A stretch of 64,000 nt of DNA from contig JBJECX010000006.1 of assembly GCA_051871535.1 (NCBI GenBank), positions 9,273 to 73,272 of the forward strand, given 5' to 3'. The first letter of the stretch is position 1; every line of letters starts with the position of its first letter. The stretch is from Muribaculaceae bacterium (GTDB taxonomy: Bacteria; Bacteroidota; Bacteroidia; Bacteroidales; Muribaculaceae). Below the pieces are notes generated by a model, which did no database searches, had not been told where the DNA came from, and saw only the letters and a list, made by a program, of their open reading frames with translations. Made by a program: the position numbers and the translations under genes. This document shows, piece after piece, positions 56,690 to 64,000 of the stretch.

Positions 56690-56703
56690 AATTGTCGTTT
56701 TTG

Positions 56704-56711
56704 CAAAGATA
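56704..56711 (-). promoter_or_regulatory. Candidate -7 box (TATCTTTG on minus strand) directly upstream of the orphan Rhs ORF
   Basis: Plus-strand CAAAGATA, 15 nt upstream of ATG 56689. Confidence 0.4.
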
Positions 56712-56877
56712 ACTTATTTCTCGCAAAAATAGAATGACTGAAAGATATGTTGTTGAGCATATGCCATAAGCGCAACACCACCCGGGAGCATTAGCCCACG
56801 GGGCTTAGCCGCAAGCATTGATATAACTTCAATATAACTTCAAAGCACGTATTGTTGCCGATAACACAGCATTTTTG

Positions 56878-56885
56878 TAATTTTG
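56878..56885 (+). promoter_or_regulatory. Candidate -7 box TAATTTTG
   Basis: TAnnTTTG match 28 nt upstream of ATG 56913. Confidence 0.4.
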
Positions 56886-56912
56886 CAATCAACAACAACA
56901 CACAAATCGGAA

Positions 56913-57776
56913 ATGAAGAAACGTAACACAAATAATTTCAAGCAGATGCAACGCCGTGCCGCCGATGTCAAGCGCCGCTTCACGCTGGTGTGCTGGCTCG
57001 CCGTGATTGCACTTGTAACAATCGTTATAGGCAAACATTTCGCGCAGGAGCAACTCAGCACCCCCGAACTGCCCGCCGACGCCACCGAGCAGCTGCAACA
57101 GATTGCGGTGAACGACTCCATAGCCAACACCGTGATAAAATACAAGGCCTACACCGTGTATTTCAACCCCAAGACGCACCAACCAAACGCCACCATCTAC
57201 GAGCTGACCGCCGACGAGACCGAAGGCAACCAGCCGCGAGCCAACAACTTCATTCACGACGAAAACGTGGAAGGATGCGCCCACGCATGGGACTACAGCA
57301 ACTCGGGATACGACCGTGGCCACATGACCCCTGCCGCCGACATGAAGTGGGACGCCGAAGCCATGCAACAATCGTTTTTCATGACCAACATCTGCCCACA
57401 AAACCCGGGACTCAACTCCAACGGATGGTCGCGCCTCGAAAAGAAGATTCGCTCGTGGGCAAAACGCGACAGCTCGCTAATCGTAGCCACTGGACCAATA
57501 CCGGGCGCCACACTCGGCTCGATAGGCAAAGAAGTGACCGTGCCGGTGCCCGAAGCATTCTTCAAGGTGGTTTACGCCCCACGACACGCCCGAGCCATAG
57601 CATTTATCTACGCCAACAACGCCCAGTGCAACAGCAAGATGCGAAAATATGCAGTGACAGTGCGCCAGGTGGAACAACTCACCGGACTAAACTTCTTCGC
57701 CTCACTGCCCGACGACGAAGAAAACCGCATAGAACAGCAATGCGACTTTGCACAATGGGAACAAAACATCAAATAA
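56913..57776 (+). CDS. DNA/RNA non-specific endonuclease (NucA/EndoG-like), membrane-anchored or secreted
   Basis: N-terminal TM FTLVCWLAVIALVTIVIG. DRGHMTPAADM and NICPQ..GLN...W..LE active-site motifs. Confidence 0.8.
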   Translation: MKKRNTNNFKQMQRRAADVKRRFTLVCWLAVIALVTIVIGKHFAQEQLSTPELPADATEQLQQIAVNDSIANTVIKYKAYTVYFNPKTHQPNATIYELTADETEGNQPRANNFIHDENVEGCAHAWDYSNSGYDRGHMTPAADMKWDAEAMQQSFFMTNICPQNPGLNSNGWSRLEKKIRSWAKRDSSLIVATGPIPGATLGSIGKEVTVPVPEAFFKVVYAPRHARAIAFIYANNAQCNSKMRKYAVTVRQVEQLTGLNFFASLPDDEENRIEQQCDFAQWEQNIK

Positions 57777-57789
57777 CACACCACACATC

Positions 57790-59187
57790 ATGTACAGCAA
57801 CGAAAGCACAATCTGCGCCATATCCACCCCTCACGGCACCGGAGGCATAGCCGTGATTCGAATCAGCGGACCACAAGCCATCGACATCGTAAGCCAATGC
57901 TGGAAAGGCGCCCCTATAGCCCACATGGCATCGCACACCGCACACCTGGGCAACATACTCTTTGCCGACGGGCAAATGCTCGACCAAGTGGTGCTCACAC
58001 TGTTTCGCGCACCCAACACATTCACCGGCGAAGACGTAATCGAAATATCGTGCCACGGCTCGGTGTGGATACAGCAGCAAATTGTCAACCGCCTCATCGA
58101 AGCAGGATGCCAAGCCGCCTCAGCCGGCGAATTCACCCGACGCGCTTTCGCCAACCACCGCATCGACCTCTCACAAGCCGAAGCAATAGCCGACGTGATT
58201 GCCGCATCGTCGCGCGCCGCACACCGCATTGCCATCAACCAAATGCGCGGAGCATTCTCACACCAACTCGCCAACCTGCGCGCACAACTGCTCGACTTCG
58301 TCTCGCTCATCGAACTCGAACTCGACTTCAGCGAAGAAGAAGTGGAATTTGCCGACCGCACTCAACTGCTAAACCTCGCCAATCAAATCCTTGACATAAT
58401 CACACGCCTCGCACAATCATTCGCAACCGGAAACGTGATTAAAAACGGACTGCCCGTAGCCATCGTAGGCGAAACAAATGCCGGAAAATCAACCCTGCTC
58501 AACTACCTGCTGCACGACGACCGTGCACTGGTGAGCAACATACACGGCACCACACGCGACGTAATCGAAGACACCATAACACTCGGCGGAACACTCTTCC
58601 GATTCATCGACACCGCCGGCATTCGACACACCGCCGACACAATAGAAGCAATGGGCATTGAACGCACATTCAAGAAAATCAACGAAGCACAACTCGTGCT
58701 TTGGCTAATCGACGGCACAAACCCACCACAACACCTGACACAACTCAGCACCGAAATACTGCCCCACACCACCGGCAAACAACTGCTGGCAGTGGTGAAC
58801 AAAGACGACTGCCTAAACAACACACAACGGCAAGCCATCACAACAACCCTCGCACAACTGCTTCCACCCAACGCAAAACACATCTTCATCTCGGCAAAAC
58901 AGCAAACTGCACTCGACCAACTGCAACAAATCCTCATCGACGCTGCTGCCCTGCCCGAAGCCGACGAAAGCCAAGTGATAGTGACCAACGCACGACACTA
59001 CCAAGCACTCATCAACGCCCGGCAAGCACTGCAACGAGCCATACAAGGCCTCAACGACGGCATCAGCGGCGACTTCGTAAGCCAAGACATACGCGAAACT
59101 ATGCACTACCTCGGCGAAATCACCGGCGAAATCACCACCCACGACATCCTCGGCAACATCTTCGCCCGCTTCTGCATCGGTAAATAG
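57790..59187 (+). CDS. mnmE: tRNA modification GTPase MnmE
   Basis: ICAISTPHGTGGIAVIRISG N-terminus, G-domain GETNAGKSTLLN and DTAGIR, and the C-terminal FCIGK hallmark. Confidence 0.93.
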   Translation: MYSNESTICAISTPHGTGGIAVIRISGPQAIDIVSQCWKGAPIAHMASHTAHLGNILFADGQMLDQVVLTLFRAPNTFTGEDVIEISCHGSVWIQQQIVNRLIEAGCQAASAGEFTRRAFANHRIDLSQAEAIADVIAASSRAAHRIAINQMRGAFSHQLANLRAQLLDFVSLIELELDFSEEEVEFADRTQLLNLANQILDIITRLAQSFATGNVIKNGLPVAIVGETNAGKSTLLNYLLHDDRALVSNIHGTTRDVIEDTITLGGTLFRFIDTAGIRHTADTIEAMGIERTFKKINEAQLVLWLIDGTNPPQHLTQLSTEILPHTTGKQLLAVVNKDDCLNNTQRQAITTTLAQLLPPNAKHIFISAKQQTALDQLQQILIDAAALPEADESQVIVTNARHYQALINARQALQRAIQGLNDGISGDFVSQDIRETMHYLGEITGEITTHDILGNIFARFCIGK

Positions 59188-59229
59188 ACCATCTGACCAT
59201 ACTTGCAAAACGATTTTATAACTGCTTAT

Positions 59230-59260
59230 AAGCCACCATTTTGGTGGCTTTTTTCGTTTT
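59230..59260 (+). terminator. Rho-independent terminator after mnmE
   Basis: AAGCCACCA-TTT-TGGTGGCTT followed by TTTTCGTTTT. Confidence 0.75.
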
Positions 59261-59362
59261 AACACTTTCCATTTGTAATTTGTTGATACCAGTTTTTCGA
59301 GGTAACTTTGGCTCAAATTTCGTTCCTGCGTTTCAATCGTGCGAACAAATGGAATAGCAAAA

Positions 59363-59453
59363 CGCTATGTAGGACACCTCGTGAGAAATACTGAGAATCC
59401 TCCATTATCCGTCACAACCGCTATGTAGGGCACTCGTGAGAAATACTGAAAAT
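59363..59453. repeat. Two ~35 bp direct repeats 56 bp apart at the edge of the mobile element
   Basis: CGCTATGTAGGACACCTCGTGAGAAATACTGAGAAT (59363-59398) and CGCTATGTAGGGCACTCGTGAGAAATACTGAAAAT (59419-59453). Confidence 0.8.
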
Positions 59454-59521
59454 ATGTGATAAAGACTGAGACAAAATCGGGGGTCTTTTCCATCAAAAAA
59501 CATCAGAATTGCAAACGAAAA

Positions 59522-61030
59522 ATGGAGATAATTAAAGAATGTGGAGTATGCGGAAAAGAGTTCGTTGCTTCCAAAATGTCGGTCAAGTACTGCTGTCGAG
59601 GGTGTGAACGTGTCGCATTTCGGAGACGCGAGGCAGAAAAGAAAAAAAGGGAGAAGGAAAATGCCGAATCTCTTCGAAACGCTGAGAGAAATAACTCTCT
59701 GCGTGATAAGGCATTTTTATCCCCCGAGGACGTGAGCGTTCTGTTCGATGTCAGTCTTCCCACAGTGTATCGTTATTTCCAGACAGGCTTAATCAAAGCT
59801 GTAAAGATAAGAAATAAGACCTTTGTGAGATACTCAGACATTGAACGTGTGTTTGATGATGCCACTCCCTATCGGAAAAGACGTTATCAGAGAAAGGAGG
59901 AACAGGAATACTATACTCTCCGGGAAATCATGGAGAAGTACAATATCGGTCGTAAGGCTATATGGGGGCGTTGTGACCGTCTGGGCATCCCCAAGATATA
60001 CGAAGGACGCAACACTTTCTTTAGCAAGAAAGCTATTGACGCACATTTTGCGGATCTCCTTGAAGAGATAGACATTGATAATTATTACACTGCTGACCAA
60101 ATCATGGATATGTATAATATGACAAGGACAGCTGTTATCACTTTTGTGATGCGTCACAAAGTTCCAAGAGTAAACCGTAACGGGAAAGCTTTCTACTCCA
60201 AGGTGCATATTGACTGTATCAAACGCAAGGATGATAGTATCGATCCGGACTGGAGTACCTATGAAGAGGCTATGGAAAAATATGGCATATCAAAAGACCA
60301 AGTAAGTTACACCTTGAAGCATTTTGATGTCAGAACGGAAAAACGTGGAAAGTTTACGATGATATTCCGTACTGACTTTGATAAAGTCATGCGTGAACGA
60401 ATGGCAAATGCAAAAGTAGCAGAAAAGTCAGACGGAGACGAAAAACTTGTTTTCCAAGCTCAACACCAGGAGAAGAAATGCCCACCAACCCCAGATGGCT
60501 ATTATTCAACTGAAGAGGTTGCAGAGATGTTCAAGGTGGGAGTTAAACATGTAGGTGTAATGACCAGGGAGCATAAAACGCCAAAGATTGCACTCAAAGG
60601 ATTCAACTTCTATGAGAAGAAAGCTATAGATGTGCTGTATAATTTGAAGAACAACTATTCAGAAATTACAGACTGGATTACACCGGAAGAGATGCGTTCA
60701 ACATATAAGATGACAGCAGAAGCTGTACGCTCCTTTATCTACCGCCATCAAATTCCCGCAAAGGTGGAGTATGGTACTACCTACTATTCTAAACAGCATA
60801 TCGAACAAGTGAAAAATGGAGATTTTGATGGTCGCGAACGATATTACACTGTCGAGGAGGCAATGAAGAAGTATCATTTATCAAAAGATATAGTTCATTA
60901 TTATGTAAAACGCTATAAAATCACTAAAGTAAAGAAGAAGAAATGCATATATTTCAGAAAAGAAGAGTTCGACAGATTGATGGAAAAACGTCTATCAAAA
61001 GACGATTTACTATCAATTACTCTTGATTAG
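59522..61030 (+). CDS. DNA-binding protein: N-terminal CxxC...CxxC zinc ribbon + seven tandem excisionase/MerR-like HTH modules
   Basis: ATG 59522 gives MEIIKECGVCGKEF..YCCRGC. Seven ~50-60 aa repeats follow the pattern (Y/W)(Y/S)T..E.....Y.........V.......P....G...(F/Y)....(I/F)D. Confidence 0.65.
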   Translation: MEIIKECGVCGKEFVASKMSVKYCCRGCERVAFRRREAEKKKREKENAESLRNAERNNSLRDKAFLSPEDVSVLFDVSLPTVYRYFQTGLIKAVKIRNKTFVRYSDIERVFDDATPYRKRRYQRKEEQEYYTLREIMEKYNIGRKAIWGRCDRLGIPKIYEGRNTFFSKKAIDAHFADLLEEIDIDNYYTADQIMDMYNMTRTAVITFVMRHKVPRVNRNGKAFYSKVHIDCIKRKDDSIDPDWSTYEEAMEKYGISKDQVSYTLKHFDVRTEKRGKFTMIFRTDFDKVMRERMANAKVAEKSDGDEKLVFQAQHQEKKCPPTPDGYYSTEEVAEMFKVGVKHVGVMTREHKTPKIALKGFNFYEKKAIDVLYNLKNNYSEITDWITPEEMRSTYKMTAEAVRSFIYRHQIPAKVEYGTTYYSKQHIEQVKNGDFDGRERYYTVEEAMKKYHLSKDIVHYYVKRYKITKVKKKKCIYFRKEEFDRLMEKRLSKDDLLSITLD

Positions 61031-61112
61031 TACGATTTACTTTCTCTTTACTGAGGTCAACATTGTATCATTTAGGAATTTTGCATCAAAAAACAAATAA
61101 TAATAAAACAAT

Positions 61113-62318
61113 ATGCAAGTATGTAAATCTGTCAAACTCCGAATGCGAGATAGGCGCAACGGAACCAAATCCCTGTTCCTGGACTTCTGGCCCGGGTACA
61201 GAGACCCTGAGACGATGGAGTTAATTCGTCGTCGCTCACTTGGCTTGTATATCTATGCCAATCCAATCAATGCCCAGCAGAAGCAGTACAATGAAATCAT
61301 CCTCTCAAAGGCAGAAGCCATCCGTTGTAGAGTGTTCATTGATGTAATTAACGAGAAGTACGACTTCTTTAATCAAGACAGGCTTAAAGAAGATTTTCTG
61401 ATCTATTTCAAAGAAATGGTGAACAGGAACTTTGCAAAATGTGATGCTGCGTATAAACAATTCGAGAAGTTTTGCAAGGGCAAATGTACTTTTGAGATGC
61501 TTGATGTGGTGTACTGTAACAAGTATAAGGAATATCTTCTTGATACAAAAGTATCGTCAAGAGGTAGAAACATTGTCAATAAGCCTTTATCAAGAAACAC
61601 GGCTTCCGCCTATTGGAATATATTCAAGCAAGTCTTGACGAAGGCTTATCGTGAAAGACGTTTTACCGATGATATTGCAAGTCTGTTAGATAACATACCT
61701 TGTACGCCGCCTGTAAAGCAAAGTCTCTCATTGGAAGAAGTCAGGAGACTTTATAACACAGAATGCTCTGAGCCTGTTGTTCGGAAAGCTGCTCTGTTCT
61801 CCTGTCTGAGCGGACTGCGTATCAGTGATATACTCAACCTCAAATGGAATAATGTTTGTAGCTATGCAGATGGTGGGCACTATCTGGATTTTGAATGTGT
61901 GAAAACAAAGAGACAAACAAAGGTTCCTATTGGAGAAGATGCTTATGCACTTATCATGCCCAAAACTACTGATGAATACGTATTTGAAGGTTTCAGCAGG
62001 TCTATGACCTACGGAGTAATGCAGCAATGGCTTAAAGCGTCAGGAATCACCAAGCACATCACCTTTCATTGCTTCCGCCATACTTATGCTTCACTGCAGC
62101 TCGAAATGGGTACAGACATCTATACAGTACAGCATCTGCTCAATCATAAGAATGTGAGCACAACACAGATATACGCATCACATGCAGACCCCAAAACACG
62201 CGAAGCAGCCAACAGAATTACGTTAACGAATGTGAAAGGCGGATTACAAACAACAGCAAGTGAAAATAATCAAACAGAAACTAACCGAAAAGAAGATATA
62301 AGCAAAGCAAAAAAGTGA
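61113..62318 (+). CDS. Tyrosine site-specific recombinase (Bacteroidales mobile-element integrase type)
   Basis: 401 aa. N-terminal arm-binding-like region, SAM-like core, and catalytic HCFRHTYAS...LLNHKNVSTTQIY. Confidence 0.88.
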   Translation: MQVCKSVKLRMRDRRNGTKSLFLDFWPGYRDPETMELIRRRSLGLYIYANPINAQQKQYNEIILSKAEAIRCRVFIDVINEKYDFFNQDRLKEDFLIYFKEMVNRNFAKCDAAYKQFEKFCKGKCTFEMLDVVYCNKYKEYLLDTKVSSRGRNIVNKPLSRNTASAYWNIFKQVLTKAYRERRFTDDIASLLDNIPCTPPVKQSLSLEEVRRLYNTECSEPVVRKAALFSCLSGLRISDILNLKWNNVCSYADGGHYLDFECVKTKRQTKVPIGEDAYALIMPKTTDEYVFEGFSRSMTYGVMQQWLKASGITKHITFHCFRHTYASLQLEMGTDIYTVQHLLNHKNVSTTQIYASHADPKTREAANRITLTNVKGGLQTTASENNQTETNRKEDISKAKK

Positions 62319-62460
62319 AAGCAAAATCACTATGTAAAACGCTGAAACAGAGAAATATAAATAATGTTTAGGGCGGTCATTTTGTTGGTGCTAAATAGTA
62401 GTAAATAGAAGATTTCTCTCTAACTTTGCATTCATAAAACTCGAAAAAAGTACAGTTGCA

Positions 62461-63156
62461 ATGATAAAAAAGCTAAAAGAGAACTTTTTGATTCTTCTCA
62501 TTTCAAACCTCGTAACCGTTGCTTTGGTTGTAATCGCTCCAACAATTCTTGGAGCGATTACAAACCTGAGCCATACCTCTCAGACAGAGAAGGTATTCTT
62601 TTCTTTGCCGATGATATTATATTATTTTCTATGTGTTATCTGTGTATGCACGGTTTTCAGTATCTTCAAATCTCAGGCCATTAGGGATATTGTCATCAAC
62701 AATAGCATCAATCCTGGGATCAACTCTCATGAAACAGATAAGGTCACGATAATGCGTGAACGTTATATTGCTAAACAGCAAAGCAGGAAAAGTGCTATCT
62801 TTGATGCTGTTTCAGAATACACTTATGCAGTTTTCTCACCCTACATGACTGACGATAACTTGGAAATACTAAACCAGAATATCAAACTATATGAGGTACC
62901 AGATTCTTGTATTATTCCTGTTTATACAAATGGTAAACTCAACACTCTCGATATTAGACACTATGCATGGAACATCGGTGAGAGACTTGGTTGGAGTGGA
63001 CAAAAGAGAGCGACTTTTATCAAACAATGCTTCCCCCAAGAACTTCAGGACGTTGAGATTGAAAGCATGAGAAGAACACTTAGACAAAGAGGTAAATGCG
63101 TTATTGGCATTGATGTGCCCGACAACAACGATTACAAATTTCACTATCATAACTAA
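62461..63156 (+). CDS. Hypothetical membrane protein of the mobile element
   Basis: 231 aa, two N-terminal TM segments. No family recognised. Confidence 0.5.
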   Translation: MIKKLKENFLILLISNLVTVALVVIAPTILGAITNLSHTSQTEKVFFSLPMILYYFLCVICVCTVFSIFKSQAIRDIVINNSINPGINSHETDKVTIMRERYIAKQQSRKSAIFDAVSEYTYAVFSPYMTDDNLEILNQNIKLYEVPDSCIIPVYTNGKLNTLDIRHYAWNIGERLGWSGQKRATFIKQCFPQELQDVEIESMRRTLRQRGKCVIGIDVPDNNDYKFHYHN

Positions 63157-63539
63157 TGGAAGAATACTATATGGAGTACGAAGAGATAACTTTTAATGAC
63201 ATTCCAAGAGCAATGGCCAATATTCTCAGGAAATGTGATTTGCTGGAACAATCAATTGATGTCTTGCGTGAAGAAATCCGGCAGACCAATAAACCATCAA
63301 CCTCACAACATATACCTATGGATGTGAAGGAGGCATGTGATTTTCTCAAAATCAAGAAATCCACCATGTACCTGTATATCCAAAATGGTCAGATTCCTGT
63401 CAACAAGAAAGGTAAGAAATACACTTTCTTCAAAGATGACCTTATTAAATGGTTGGAATCTGGATGCAAGACTGAGGCTCCTATGACTCCTGATGAGATA
63501 AATCAACTCTTGCGCCAACGACCGAATAGAAGAAAATAA
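63156..63539 (+). CDS. Excisionase-like helix-turn-helix DNA-binding protein
   Basis: 127 aa; DVKEACDFLKIKKSTMYLYIQNGQIPVNKKGKKYTFFKDDLIKWLE is the HTH_17/excisionase pattern. 1 nt overlap with the upstream gene. Confidence 0.65.
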   Translation: MEEYYMEYEEITFNDIPRAMANILRKCDLLEQSIDVLREEIRQTNKPSTSQHIPMDVKEACDFLKIKKSTMYLYIQNGQIPVNKKGKKYTFFKDDLIKWLESGCKTEAPMTPDEINQLLRQRPNRRK

Positions 63540-63786
63540 TCTTCCATATCATCTTACAATTGAAATCTACATTGGACTTTCTGATGTAGATTTTTCATTT
63601 TATATCCCAAAATGATTGTAACATATAATATTTAACAAGCTGTGCAAATAGACTGCACCGTAATATTGTAATTTTGCACTAATATGACACTATATATATC
63701 GTTTACAAGCAGAGATAACATGTATTCGTCCGCCCTTTCATGCGGACTTTTATTTTATATTTTTTTAATAACAAAAAGCATTATGA

Positions 63787-64000
63787 GTCAGAAGAAAAAC
63801 TCCTCTGTGCTCTCTCTTTTTGTGTTTGCAGTGTTCTAATCATTGCCCAGAACAAGAGAATGAGCCTTCCAAAGAAGAACTTTGGACACTCTTTCGTGCT
63901 GCATACGAGCAGTACCAGTCTGAAATCGTTAATGACAGCAAGTTGTATGACCGCTATGTTAACGACTTTATCAGTTATCATCTTCCCGTTTTCTCTCAGG
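63787..64000 (+). CDS. Partial ORF running off the window; start unresolved
   Basis: Open frame ...CLQCSNHCPEQENEPSKEELWTLFRAAYEQYQSEIVNDSKLYDRYVNDFISYHLPVFSQ with protein-like composition. It has no in-frame ATG. ATG 63783 lies in an adjacent frame, before an A5 run. Confidence 0.4.

Larger units (their letters stand above)
59300..64000. mobile_element. Integrated mobile element (integrase + excisionase-like genes), left end only; continues beyond the window
   Basis: GC drops after the mnmE terminator. Contains a tyrosine recombinase, HTH/excisionase-like genes and small hypotheticals, all on the plus strand. The exact left boundary is not resolved. Confidence 0.65.

Noticed and set aside
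63781-63981. 66 aa minus-strand ORF at the window end.
   Set aside because: It is antisense to a longer, more protein-like plus-strand frame that is co-oriented with the other element genes.

Overview
The window reads as chromosome from a relatively high-GC member of the Bacteroidales. This is inferred from a SusC/SusD pair, many lipobox lipoproteins, recurrent TAnnTTTG -7 boxes close to start codons, and a T9SS-like C-terminal tail. No rRNA, tRNA or CRISPR array was seen.

Core genes:
- capD-like sugar dehydratase
- CE7 esterase
- fucI-fucA-fucP plus an aldose epimerase
- EamA and MFS transporters
- putA
- a META lipoprotein
- an AAA-CYTH fusion
- a COG0523 metallochaperone with a His/Asp tract
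- a GHL10-like protein
- GNAT, nhaC, a NucA-like nuclease and mnmE

Accessory or unusual content, in window order:
1. A 9.4 kb, six-gene, translationally coupled operon at 3982-13408. It encodes four modular surface lipoproteins (DUF4493-like, BACON-like, FN3-like and PCMD-like modules) interleaved with two paralogous small beta-barrel candidates, next to a truncated proA remnant. This is my best candidate for an undescribed system.
2. A SusC/SusD locus with no enzyme or regulator, ending in a low-GC T9SS-tail gene.
3. Three separate low-GC one- or two-gene cassettes, each bracketed by 32-63 bp direct repeats and with no recombinase nearby: a DUF3791 pair, an alpha/beta hydrolase, and a 192 aa secreted protein.
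4. A roughly 7.7 kb low-GC, co-directional array made of an orphan Rhs core with an HExxH toxin tip, two YD-repeat fragment ORFs, and about nine candidate immunity genes.
5. The start of an integrated element downstream of mnmE, carrying a tyrosine integrase, an excisionase-like HTH protein and a protein with seven tandem HTH modules.

GC-rich REP-like palindromic repeats are dispersed through the intergenic regions. All family names come from motif recognition by eye and need HMM or BLAST confirmation.
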